DNA from: an uncultured bacterium
GTDB lineage: Bacteria; Fermentibacterota; Fermentibacteria; Fermentibacterales; JCC-6
Direction of reading: 5' to 3'
Length of the DNA stretch: 64,000 nt
NCBI GenBank assembly: GCA_964426545.1
Contig: CAYRQP010000007.1
Location: 36,534-100,533, forward strand
The notes beneath the pieces were generated by a model. It was given only the letters and a program-made list of their open reading frames with translations, had not been told where the DNA came from and searched no databases. Positions 28,420 through 37,934 of the stretch are shown piece by piece. Positions within the stretch are counted from its first letter, which is position 1. Each line of letters begins with the position of its first letter. A program made the translations under genes and the position numbers.

Positions 28420-29399
28420 TGCAGTACATAGTAACAGGTGCAGCAGGATTCATAGGGAGTAATCTTGTTAAGGAACTTCTGAGTCAGCGGAAAAAGGTAA
28501 TCGGGATAGATTGTTTCAGGGACTATTATTCACCGGAAATAAAGAGAAAGAACATCGCTTCATTCACATCTAACCAGTTATTTACACTGATAGAAGAGGA
28601 CCTGTCACAAAAAGGGACAGCCAGGTTGGAAGCCGTTTTAGTCGGCAAAGAGGAAGTGGTAATTTATCACCTTGCTGCTCAGGCAGGAGTTCGGAAAAGT
28701 TGGGGAAAAGCGTTCTCTCTATACACAGGTGATAATATTCTGGCTACTCAGAATCTTCTGGAATGGGCTTACCGCAGGGGTAATATCAACAACTTTATCT
28801 TTGCTTCATCATCTTCAGTTTACGGAAGGGTTACGGACCTTCCAATGGTTGAAGACACGACTGTTCCAACCCCGGATTCTCCCTATGGAGTAACTAAACT
28901 TGCCGCCGAAAATCTTGTTCGTCTATATACCCGCAACTATAACCTTCCGAGCGTATCACTGCGTTTCTTCACGGTGTACGGCGAAGGGCAGAGACCGGAT
29001 ATGGCTTTCAATATCTTCACAAAGGCAATCCTCTCCGGGGAACCCGTCAATATCTTCGGAGACGGGATGCAGACAAGGGATTTCACTTATATAGGGGATG
29101 TTGTCAAAGGTCTGATGCTGGCTGAAGAATGCATCGATGGCAGGATCATGAACCTCGGCGGGGGGAATACGCTTCCGCTTCTGGAAGCAATCAACATACT
29201 TGAAATGGTTATCGGGAAGAAGACTAATCTGAAATTTCACCCGGTACAGCCCGGTGATGTTCGGGACACACTTGCATCGACCGAATTGTTCAAACAGACA
29301 ACCGGGTGGAAACCATCCACTCCGCTTGGCGAAGGCCTTGCAAAAGAAGTCGACTGGATAAAGGGGGACACACCACACGCGGGGTCAAACCCCTTTTAG
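28419..29399 (+). CDS. NAD-dependent epimerase/dehydratase, UDP-glucuronate 4-epimerase-like
   Basis: GAAGFIGSNLVKELL, YGVTKLAAE and RFFTVYGEGQRPDMAF are typical of CapI/UDP-GlcA epimerases. TAATG overlap with the upstream gene. Confidence 0.7.
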   Translation: MQYIVTGAAGFIGSNLVKELLSQRKKVIGIDCFRDYYSPEIKRKNIASFTSNQLFTLIEEDLSQKGTARLEAVLVGKEEVVIYHLAAQAGVRKSWGKAFSLYTGDNILATQNLLEWAYRRGNINNFIFASSSSVYGRVTDLPMVEDTTVPTPDSPYGVTKLAAENLVRLYTRNYNLPSVSLRFFTVYGEGQRPDMAFNIFTKAILSGEPVNIFGDGMQTRDFTYIGDVVKGLMLAEECIDGRIMNLGGGNTLPLLEAINILEMVIGKKTNLKFHPVQPGDVRDTLASTELFKQTTGWKPSTPLGEGLAKEVDWIKGDTPHAGSNPF

Positions 29400-29464
29400 A
29401 ACAACGGCTCAAGCTATTGTCAGCGACACCTTAAGGGACATTGACAACTTCAAAACAATTAATG

Positions 29465-29511
29465 AGGGACACCATAGAATAGTCGCCTGTCACCATTTAC
29501 ATGGTGTCCCT
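29465..29511. terminator. hairpin AGGGACACCAT-N25-ATGGTGTCCCT between convergent genes
   Basis: 11-bp perfect inverted repeat read from the sequence. No strong U-run, so the function is uncertain. Confidence 0.35.
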
Positions 29512-29519
29512 AATTAAGT

Positions 29520-31100
29520 CTATTCGATAAGGTCACTGTCGTCGCGGGGTTCGATTTTCCAGTTGTCGTAGCTATACATGCACACACCTATGATTTCGCT
29601 GAAAGTATCACCGACAGTAGGCTCATATGTATAGTCTCCCAGATCATCGATTCTAATATCACCCGTACCGTCATCGACAGCCCATTCACCGTATCCAAGG
29701 TCATCTTCAGAAACTTCTACATCAGACACCGATACGAGAACGGATTCCCACTGTTCTTCAGCGACACTGCCCGTAGAGAGAGCTTCAGCAGCCGGAAGGG
29801 TGTGACCGGTCGAGTGAACATCGACAGCAGACGGATAAGAAAGTTCTGTGAAACTGTAGTATTCCTGGATTTCTCCTGTAATCGTGATACTGTCTCCTCT
29901 TGCAAGCCCTGCAACATCGGAACCGAAGAGAGTCAAGCCGGCCCACGCACCGCCGCCTTCGTCCATTATAACGGCATAGGCATACTGGCTGGAATAATAT
30001 TCATCGCCGCCGACAACTACGATTCCTGTCACACTGACAATCTGCCCTTCATAAGGCGAGGCTGACTGCTGTCCCTGTACTTCGTAGCAGGTGAGTGCAT
30101 CTCCGCCACTGCCGCCGGAAGAAACATCCAGGTCCGCATTGTCTCTCGGCTCGAGTTTCCATTCATTGTATGCATACCAGACTACGCCTGTTGCAGAAAA
30201 TACAGTATCTCCGAGCGCTGCCTGCCATGTAAATGTACCAAGGTCATCACCCATGCAGTCGCCGGTTCCGTCATCCATCAGCCACTGTCCGTATTCCTGT
30301 ACTTCGGTTACAATGGCATCGGTTACTGTAACAAGAACGGATTCGTATGCTTCAGGGTCTGCTGATTGTGAAATGTCAGCGGTTGTAACCGCAGTCGAAG
30401 GAGGTATAGGGTTTCCGGAAGAGACCACTTCTACAGAAGTAATGTATTTAACTTCTGTCATCTCCCAGAACTCTTCGACTGTTCCGGAGACGATGACACT
30501 GTCACCGCGTGCAAGATATGCAATGCTGTCACCGAAAAGAGTAAGTCCCGCCCATGCACCGCCTGAAGGGTCGGCGATTACAGCAACAGGATCACCATAG
30601 AAGCAATCGCCGGCAACTGTAACTATACCGGTAACTTCGACTTCCTGACCCGCATAAGGGGAAGTAGATGCCTGTCCCTGTATTTCATAGCAGGTGAGGT
30701 ATTCTCCACCGCCACTGCCGCCGGAATCGGGAGTTACAGATTCTTCATTGCTCCATGCATGAAGATCCTCTGTATCCGTTGTACGGAGAGCGTAGTAATA
30801 CTTGGTGCCCCATTCAAGATCCGGGTCGGTGAATGTAGTCTCATTAATATCATAAACAGGTCCCTTTACGAGGTCAGACGATGCAGATACTCCCTGAGAC
30901 GTATCTCTGTAAAGGTTATATTCCGCAAAGTCGTCATCAGGGCAAACTGTCCAGGATCCGGATGCTGTCGTATTGGTCACACTTACGCTTAGTGTAGAAG
31001 CAGTAGGGTTGCTGCTGGGTCCTGTCTCATCATCGCCGCAGGACATCATCAGCCCCATAGCAACGATTAAGACAACAAGAAACCATTTGTATTTAGTCAT
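29520..31100 (-). CDS. surface lipoprotein with FN3-like domain and two tandem duplicated OB-fold-like domains
   Basis: Lipobox MMSCGDD and an FN3-like N-terminal region. Two ~170-aa repeats (SGGSGGGEYLTCYEIQGQASTSPYAGQEVEVTGIVTV... / SGGSGGDALTCYEVQGQQSASPYEGQIVSVTGIVVV...) have an OB-fold (tRNA_anti-like) VxVxGxV...D.sG pattern. Confidence 0.5.
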   Translation of the reverse strand: MTKYKWFLVVLIVAMGLMMSCGDDETGPSSNPTASTLSVSVTNTTASGSWTVCPDDDFAEYNLYRDTSQGVSASSDLVKGPVYDINETTFTDPDLEWGTKYYYALRTTDTEDLHAWSNEESVTPDSGGSGGGEYLTCYEIQGQASTSPYAGQEVEVTGIVTVAGDCFYGDPVAVIADPSGGAWAGLTLFGDSIAYLARGDSVIVSGTVEEFWEMTEVKYITSVEVVSSGNPIPPSTAVTTADISQSADPEAYESVLVTVTDAIVTEVQEYGQWLMDDGTGDCMGDDLGTFTWQAALGDTVFSATGVVWYAYNEWKLEPRDNADLDVSSGGSGGDALTCYEVQGQQSASPYEGQIVSVTGIVVVGGDEYYSSQYAYAVIMDEGGGAWAGLTLFGSDVAGLARGDSITITGEIQEYYSFTELSYPSAVDVHSTGHTLPAAEALSTGSVAEEQWESVLVSVSDVEVSEDDLGYGEWAVDDGTGDIRIDDLGDYTYEPTVGDTFSEIIGVCMYSYDNWKIEPRDDSDLIE

Positions 31101-31135
31101 TTCATTCCTTTCACTTGAATAAAGACCAATTTCCT

Positions 31136-31855
31136 TTAGTTATTCTCATTCAGTTTTTTGTTTATCAGTACAAATAACTTCGATTTTAGATCAGGGTCAT
31201 CTTCGAGGTCGTCATCAATATCGATGCAGATAGATATCTTGATCTTCTTTTCAGTTGGAATATCAGCAGCTTCGGTTTCCTGTAAGGCCGGTGTCGATTC
31301 TGTTATTATTTCAGGTTCCACCTGTGGCTCAATTTCATCCGCGACTTCTTCCTCTTCTACCTCTTCAGCAATCTCAGTTATTGCTTCTTCTGTAATTTCA
31401 TCTACAGGTTCATGTTCTTCGAGTATCAGTTCTTCTTTTTCTTCAGGAAACTCAGCAAGGTCGCAAAGAACTTTGAAAGTAAGAGTGACATATGCTGCTT
31501 CCTGTCCGGTATCGTCAGAATTGTCTGTGAAATATACCATGAGATATTTGCTCTCAAGATCTGCGGCATCGGAATATTCTTTGAAAAGCGGTTCGTAGGC
31601 TGTCAATACTGCCTGTCCGAGAATCAACGGGTTGCCACCGGATTCGATGAAGTCATTCCAGATTTTGGCAGGAGTATTATCTTCACAGGTAAACCCAAGA
31701 AAGGCAAGCATATCAAGAAGACGAATGTCCACATCGCGCACAAACCCGATGTCTCTCAGATAAGCTTCATCGACAAGTTTGGGTACTTCTATGGATGAGA
31801 TTTTATTTAAAAGGGTTTCTATGCTGCCCGGATTGTGTATTCCCGGAAAATTCAT
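31136..31855 (-). CDS. hypothetical protein with acidic low-complexity C-terminal half
   Basis: ORF with E/D-rich tail (EEVEEEEVADEIEPQVEPE). No recognisable motif. Confidence 0.4.
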   Translation of the reverse strand: MNFPGIHNPGSIETLLNKISSIEVPKLVDEAYLRDIGFVRDVDIRLLDMLAFLGFTCEDNTPAKIWNDFIESGGNPLILGQAVLTAYEPLFKEYSDAADLESKYLMVYFTDNSDDTGQEAAYVTLTFKVLCDLAEFPEEKEELILEEHEPVDEITEEAITEIAEEVEEEEVADEIEPQVEPEIITESTPALQETEAADIPTEKKIKISICIDIDDDLEDDPDLKSKLFVLINKKLNENN

Positions 31856-31884
31856 TCTCAGTCCTTCTTTCCTATATAGTGTTG

Positions 31885-34278
31885 TTAATTTACTGCAATT
31901 GTCAGTTCAGCACCAATTGACCAGATTATTGTATCTGTTCTTGTTACATTCAGCAGGTCACTTTCGAATGTCCTGAGTACTTCCATGTCTTCCTCCGGGA
32001 CAGAAACCACTATTTTTTCAAGTTGTGTCGCCATGCTGAGGTCATTCTCACTTTTATATTTACGTGCTTCTTCGATTATCAGAAGAGCCATGTCTCCATA
32101 CTTTTCTGAAACTACATCGACAAAATCACTATTCGGCCAAGGGGTAATATGGATGCTGTCGAAACCTTCAAAATCCTTGAAGATTGCCTGATACAGTTCT
32201 TCTGTAATATGAACAAGAACGGGGGCAAAAAGTTGCAGAGAACCGTAAAGCACCTTGCATAATGCGTGTTGCGCAGCCTGTTTCAGTCTATCATCTTCTC
32301 CGTACAACCTTCCCTTGACAATTTCCAGATAATTATCGCACAGTTTTTTCCAGAAAAAAGTCTCCGCTTCCCGAACGCAGGTGGAATATTCATATATCTG
32401 CATTCCTGCAGTTGCCTTCTTTACGGCACCGGACAATTTAGAGAGAATCCATCTATCGAAAGGCAGGAGTTCTGCTTCGGGATCCCCTGTATATCCTTCC
32501 AGTCTTGAAGCAGCGAACTTTGTTGCGTTGAAGAGTTTATTGACAAGCCTTCTTCCATCACCTAATACATCCCTGCTGAATACAACATCAGTGCCGAGCT
32601 TACTGCTGCATGCCCAGTATCTCAATTCATCGGCTGAAAATTCTTTGAGGGCGGCAATCGGGTCCCCCGCAATATTTCCTTTGCTCTTCGACATTTTCTG
32701 GCGTGCGGGGTTGAGTGCATGTCCGCTTATCATTACATCATTCCAGGGGATATCATCTGAGTGGAGATGTGCTTTCGTAATGGTATAGAATGCCCATGTC
32801 CGGATTATATCATGTGCCTGCGGGCGAAGGGTCATCGGTAAGATGTCTCTCTCATCGGTTTCACCCCACTTCGCGTTTATCTGAGGGGTGAGAGAACTTG
32901 TTGCCCATGTATCCAGGACATCGGATTCCGGCCGAAAATTCGTCCCCCCGCAGTTACCGCAAGGTTCATTCGGGGATGTGTCGAGTGGATCGACAGGGAG
33001 GTCTTTCTCGTTCGCAAAGAAAGGTGTTTCGCAGTCGTTGCAAAACCAGACGGGAAAGGGAACTCCGTAAAAACGCTGTCTGCTTATGCACCAGTCCCAT
33101 TTCAAGTTCTTTACCCAGTGGTCGAAGCGGACTTTGAAGTGCGGCGGATACCAGTTAATCTGATTGCCCTTTTCTATCAGTTCTTCCTTCTTGTCGAGAA
33201 TTCTGATAAACCACTGCCTATTTACGAGGTATTCGAGCGGGGTTCCGCATCTTTCGTGAACATTAACAGCGTGGGTTATGTCTTTGCTGTCTGTCAGAAA
33301 TCCGTATTCATCCAGCTTATTGAGCAGGACTTTGCGGGCTTTCTTCCAGTACATTCCTTCCAGAAAATCGGTTTTGTCATTCATGTGCCCGCGTTCATCG
33401 AGTACTATACGAAGATTGAGAGAATAAGACTTCCACCACTCGATATCGGTAGTGTCTCCGAAAGTACAGCACATTACTATGCCGCTTCCCTTTTCCACAT
33501 CTACTTTGTCGTCTCCGAGTATCTCGACTTCGTGGTCGAAAACAGGTATGCGGGCTTTCCTACCGATAAGTGATTTCCAGCGGTCATCTTCCGGATTTAC
33601 GAACACTGCAACGCATGCAGGCAGCAATTCAGGGCGGGTTGTTGCTATGGAAATAAAACCGGAATCATCTGCAAGCGGGAATTGAAGGTCGTGAAACACA
33701 GATGGAAATTCTTTGTCTTCCGTCTCCGCCTGGGCAACAGCAGTCTGACATTCAGGACACCAAAGCGTTGGTGATTCTTTTCTGTAAATAAAACCCTTGT
33801 CCTGAAGGTCAAGAAAAGAACGCTGACTTATTCGCTGAACCCATGGGTCTATAGTTGTGTAGAGTAAATCCCAGTCGCAGGAAAAACCGAATCTTGTCCA
33901 GATATCCCGAAACATCTCCTCGGCACCTTTTGTAATTTCGAGACATAATTTTACAAACTCACTTCGCTTCATATCCTGGGCGCGTACTTTCTTTTCTTTC
34001 TCTGTGAAGCGTTCACTTGGCAGTCCATTGTCATCGAAGCAGAAAGGATAGAAGACTTCTTTCCCCAGCATTCTGTGATATCTCGCCATTACTTCAGCCT
34101 GCACATAGGAAAAAACATGTCCCATGTGAATCATACCGGACACGGTAGGGGGAGGAGTGTCTACACTATAAAGAGGTTTTCTCGAGTCCGGGTCAAACCT
34201 GAATATCCGGTTTTCCTGCCAGAACTCTTGCCAGTGTTGTTCGGAATTCCCTGCATTGTATCTTTTGGGCAAAGCCAT
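31885..34278 (-). CDS. valS: class I aminoacyl-tRNA synthetase of the Val/Ile/Leu subfamily, most consistent with a short (archaeal-type) valine--tRNA ligase
   Basis: PPPTVSGMIHMGH (cf. ValRS PPPNVTG...HxGH), a CP1-flanking DVLDTWATSS, a Cys4 zinc knuckle CNDCE...CGNCGG and KMSKSKGN. At 797 aa it lacks a C-terminal coiled coil. The FDDNGLP segment is LeuRS-like, so the assignment is not certain. Confidence 0.5.
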   Translation of the reverse strand: MALPKRYNAGNSEQHWQEFWQENRIFRFDPDSRKPLYSVDTPPPTVSGMIHMGHVFSYVQAEVMARYHRMLGKEVFYPFCFDDNGLPSERFTEKEKKVRAQDMKRSEFVKLCLEITKGAEEMFRDIWTRFGFSCDWDLLYTTIDPWVQRISQRSFLDLQDKGFIYRKESPTLWCPECQTAVAQAETEDKEFPSVFHDLQFPLADDSGFISIATTRPELLPACVAVFVNPEDDRWKSLIGRKARIPVFDHEVEILGDDKVDVEKGSGIVMCCTFGDTTDIEWWKSYSLNLRIVLDERGHMNDKTDFLEGMYWKKARKVLLNKLDEYGFLTDSKDITHAVNVHERCGTPLEYLVNRQWFIRILDKKEELIEKGNQINWYPPHFKVRFDHWVKNLKWDWCISRQRFYGVPFPVWFCNDCETPFFANEKDLPVDPLDTSPNEPCGNCGGTNFRPESDVLDTWATSSLTPQINAKWGETDERDILPMTLRPQAHDIIRTWAFYTITKAHLHSDDIPWNDVMISGHALNPARQKMSKSKGNIAGDPIAALKEFSADELRYWACSSKLGTDVVFSRDVLGDGRRLVNKLFNATKFAASRLEGYTGDPEAELLPFDRWILSKLSGAVKKATAGMQIYEYSTCVREAETFFWKKLCDNYLEIVKGRLYGEDDRLKQAAQHALCKVLYGSLQLFAPVLVHITEELYQAIFKDFEGFDSIHITPWPNSDFVDVVSEKYGDMALLIIEEARKYKSENDLSMATQLEKIVVSVPEEDMEVLRTFESDLLNVTRTDTIIWSIGAELTIAVN

Positions 34279-34414
34279 TGAAAGTCCTTTATCTCATAAT
34301 GTAGATAGTCTTTTACGGAAGAGAAAGATAACTTCAGAGCAGTTTAATAACAAGTCTTTAGGGAGTTGACTACAGATAAGAAATTTACAATTATGTATGT
34401 AATACTGACTACTC

Positions 34415-37400
34415 ATGTTTAGAATGGGGGAGGAGGGGTATTTGCAGTCGTCTTCTTCTGATAAAATGAATATTGGAACTTTGTCCGATGGAATCAAAGC
34501 ACTTCTTTCAGTTTTCCCTGGAGTAATAAGTCAATCTGCTATTGTTCAGACACTCGGAAGAGAATTATCCGAAGTCCGTGCAGCAATCAAAATTCTTTCA
34601 GATGCAAAGGTAATCGTAGAGCGGATAGAGCATCATTCCAACGGCTGGTCCCTGAAGAAAAAAGAGACTCTTGATGTTTCAGAAGAAGTACTCTTAAACT
34701 GGAAAAGAAAGTTCAATGAATATGCCCTTACTTTTCCGGGGGTCACTTTTTCGGAATTGCTGGCTGCACTGAAATTCTATCACGGTAAACCGCGGGGGAA
34801 AGCAATCCTACTGCACGCCGCCCTGAAAGCATCCCGGGAAAAAGGTGAGTTCCGGATGATCTCATATATCGTGCAGGATATAGTCAATCTGCCTGACGGA
34901 AATCTGTCTTTCTCAGAATTGCGGGATGTTCTTACAATTGCCGAGCCGATGAAAATTAAGGAACTTAACTATGTAATGACAAAGGAATTCATAAAGCAGA
35001 ACATAGATAATTCAAATTATCCATATGAGAGGATAACGGCATTCCTGCGCCTGGCAGAAGTGGAATTCAATAAGAATGAATATCTCATGACAAGAAAACA
35101 CCTCACTCTTGCACTTGAAATGAGCAAAGATGAATTAATTTTCGAATGGATTCCCGAAATTTTGGAGGTTCTTGCAAAATCGACACAGAATTATCAGGAA
35201 ATGAATGAAACAGATGAGGTAATCAATGCTGTAATTGCATGGCTTCCCGTCATCGAAGATGATGACAATGAAATTAAAATATTGGCAGGAGCTGCATTGT
35301 CATATGCGATAATTAAACGACACAAATCAGCAAGGAAAACAATTGAATCTGCTCTGGATCTGATTTCAACAGTTTCACCGGCGGCATTGCAGAAATTCGA
35401 GTGGTGCCGCGGCCGCGTTAATCTCGTTATTGGAAATCCGTCCCGTGCTCTGCAGTATTTAGAGAGGGCTCTACTTCTTGCAGAGAATCTGAATGATCAA
35501 ATGGCAGTTTCAGAAATACTTGACGCAATGGTTGAATGCATGGAAAAACAACCTGGTTTTACTGTCAGAAGTTTATCGAAAAGCCTCGAACAGGTGGAAA
35601 AAAGAGCTGCATCCGGTGGGAACATCTCCAATCAGATATATGCGATGATACAATTGACTGACATGTATTCGAGGACTCTTCAAGTGACCCGTGCACTTAA
35701 GAAAATCGACAAATGTGAGTTGCTGATAGAACAAGAAGAACTTACAAATACAGACCCTATGGTAGACTGGTACGACACTTTTCTGAAATATCAGATAAAT
35801 AGACCTTTCAGCAATACGAAAGCAAATTTGTTTATACCGGGCACATTTGACTTCCTGAAAGAAATAAGAGAGGGAGTTCATCCGGTCGAGGCAACAGAGA
35901 CCATCGTCAAGTACTTCGGCAAAGGTACATCTCAAAAAACTATACCGCAGGGATTGCTATTGGCTATGGAGGCGGCAGCGAGGGGTTTTACCGCGTCGGC
36001 CACTTCGATAGCATCTACCCTTCAGAGAATCTATCACCCGGCGGGAATGGAGGATATTCCGTCCTGGAATCTATGCATCAGCGGGATATTATCTCTCGAC
36101 ATGGAAGATTCAGATGATTTTTTCAGTTCAGCACAGGTGCTGGCAAGGCAAATGGATAGAATCATGCTAGTCTGGCTGATTCTGCAGGTAAGAATACTGA
36201 CCGAAAATCTATCGGCATTGGAAAGGGCAACAGTGCTTCTGATGATATGCGAACTTGATGAATACATAAAAGAACTGCTTCCACCGGAATTTGAAGATGA
36301 CTTTGGTGCTTTGTCGCATGTAAGTGCCCGGTTGAAAGAACTGCGGAAACTCGTAGGGGAAAACAAGACACTGAAGGAAAGCAGGGATATCCTGGAGAAG
36401 AAACCCGAACTGGAACAAAGGAATATCGACCGACTGGATGCTATGTCGAACAGACAGTTCTCTACACGTTCGGACATTAGTTGGAGTCTTGAAGCCCTTG
36501 GGGTGCTGACAGGCGCAGATAAGGTACAGGTGTTGAATGTCAATGAAGGAGAAATCAGAATAATAGAAGCATTCGGGCTTGGAAAAAACCGATTGCCGGG
36601 ACGTGAAACAGGAGTATATCTGCTTAAGACCGAAGCGAAAAGAGACCTTATCGATAATTACACATCCACTCCGTTTGGAAGCCGAAAGATACACATACTC
36701 CCACTTTCCGATTCGATGCCTGGCATAGAAGGAGCAAAGGATAGAAGGACAGAGGCTGTATTCACACAAAAGAACTTTATACTACTGGAAAAGGATTCAC
36801 CTTTTCTGTTGACAGAACTTCTCGATGAGATTCTCATCACGAGTTTTGTGAAACAGATAAATTCCGAATTGAAACTCAGAAACAGAGAACGTTTGTCATC
36901 CTATGATTCCATGACAGGGGCTGTCATAAGGTCTACCTGGATTAAAAAACTAAATATGGTTCTTCAGGGTGATATAAGCCCGATCAACCCTGTCTCCCTT
37001 CTTCTTTTCGATGTCGATTACTTCAAGTCGGTCAATGATACCTTCGGGCATAGAGAAGGAGACAGCATTTTAAGAAAAATCGTAAAAGAAGTGTCTTTTG
37101 CATTGCGACATCAGGACATCATAGGACGGATTGGCGGAGATGAATTTGGAGTAATATTACCTCGGGCTACAGAAGACAATATAGAAATGATTGCAAATCG
37201 CGTGTGCAGAAGGGTAGAGGAAAATGTTTACAGACCGGACCATATCCCGGTGACAATCAGTGCAGGATATACTACTGCCAGTTACAGCGGAGACCATTCT
37301 CTTCTCCTTATCAAACGGGCGGATGCCGCTCTTTATGAAAGCAAGAGAACCGGAAGAAACAGAGCCACAGTCTGGAACCAGTCGATCAAGCAGATAGAAC

Positions 37401-37819
37401 ATCTCAAGCAGAATATTCAAATTCTCGATACCGGAGATCCCGGATGGGATCACATGCTGGGGAGTACCGTACTGGAATTACTTGCCATGCAGGAGGTCAC
37501 CCTTGATATCCTTTCGGAGAAACTTCGCAATCTCCTGAGGTGTGAATTTATCTATTTAGAGGACACAAATGGGAAAAAGTCCGTAGTCGGTCCGCAATAT
37601 CCAAACAGAATTCTCGACACTCTTCCGGATAAGAAGATTGAAATAATGCATGAAATGAAAGATGTTCTTGACAGATACCTGGTGTTTTTCATTCAATTCG
37701 AATCCGGAATAAAAATAGTCACTGCATGGGAATCAGGAACTGCTCTCCCGCCCGGCATTAGAAAAGTATTTCTTTCTCTTGTAAATCTGACGGAGATGCT
37801 GCTTTTGCGGCATGGATAG
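34415..37819 (+). CDS. large (1134 aa) GGDEF-domain diguanylate cyclase with extensive N-terminal helical/regulatory region
   Basis: C-terminal DSMTGAVIR...RHQDIIGRIGGDEFGVILP shows an intact GGDEF active site with an RxxD I-site. A TTG at 34442 downstream of a GGGGGAGGAGGGG RBS may be the true start. Confidence 0.65.
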   Translation: MFRMGEEGYLQSSSSDKMNIGTLSDGIKALLSVFPGVISQSAIVQTLGRELSEVRAAIKILSDAKVIVERIEHHSNGWSLKKKETLDVSEEVLLNWKRKFNEYALTFPGVTFSELLAALKFYHGKPRGKAILLHAALKASREKGEFRMISYIVQDIVNLPDGNLSFSELRDVLTIAEPMKIKELNYVMTKEFIKQNIDNSNYPYERITAFLRLAEVEFNKNEYLMTRKHLTLALEMSKDELIFEWIPEILEVLAKSTQNYQEMNETDEVINAVIAWLPVIEDDDNEIKILAGAALSYAIIKRHKSARKTIESALDLISTVSPAALQKFEWCRGRVNLVIGNPSRALQYLERALLLAENLNDQMAVSEILDAMVECMEKQPGFTVRSLSKSLEQVEKRAASGGNISNQIYAMIQLTDMYSRTLQVTRALKKIDKCELLIEQEELTNTDPMVDWYDTFLKYQINRPFSNTKANLFIPGTFDFLKEIREGVHPVEATETIVKYFGKGTSQKTIPQGLLLAMEAAARGFTASATSIASTLQRIYHPAGMEDIPSWNLCISGILSLDMEDSDDFFSSAQVLARQMDRIMLVWLILQVRILTENLSALERATVLLMICELDEYIKELLPPEFEDDFGALSHVSARLKELRKLVGENKTLKESRDILEKKPELEQRNIDRLDAMSNRQFSTRSDISWSLEALGVLTGADKVQVLNVNEGEIRIIEAFGLGKNRLPGRETGVYLLKTEAKRDLIDNYTSTPFGSRKIHILPLSDSMPGIEGAKDRRTEAVFTQKNFILLEKDSPFLLTELLDEILITSFVKQINSELKLRNRERLSSYDSMTGAVIRSTWIKKLNMVLQGDISPINPVSLLLFDVDYFKSVNDTFGHREGDSILRKIVKEVSFALRHQDIIGRIGGDEFGVILPRATEDNIEMIANRVCRRVEENVYRPDHIPVTISAGYTTASYSGDHSLLLIKRADAALYESKRTGRNRATVWNQSIKQIEHLKQNIQILDTGDPGWDHMLGSTVLELLAMQEVTLDILSEKLRNLLRCEFIYLEDTNGKKSVVGPQYPNRILDTLPDKKIEIMHEMKDVLDRYLVFFIQFESGIKIVTAWESGTALPPGIRKVFLSLVNLTEMLLLRHG

Positions 37820-37910
37820 CAACAACGGGACATTTGCAAAAGCCACTGTGCAAACGGGAGTATCATAGCAATGCTCGTGAAACGAACACGAAGGAGCAAT
37901 ACAGAACAAC

Positions 37911-37934
37911 GGGACACGACTAAAGTCATGTCCC
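37911..37934. terminator. short hairpin GGGACA-N12-TGTCCC followed by T/A-rich run at convergent GGDEF/uvrA gene ends
   Basis: Inverted repeat read from the sequence. Confidence 0.3.

Noticed and set aside
29541-29555. tRNA-like T-loop sequence GGGGTTCGATTTTCC
   Set aside because: It lies inside the lipoprotein CDS near its 3' end. It does not match GGTTCGAATCC exactly, and no acceptor or anticodon arms are evident.
31158-31598. 146-aa Ser-rich plus-strand ORF
   Set aside because: It is the reverse-complement shadow of the acidic (E/D-rich) tail of the minus-strand gene 31136-31855.
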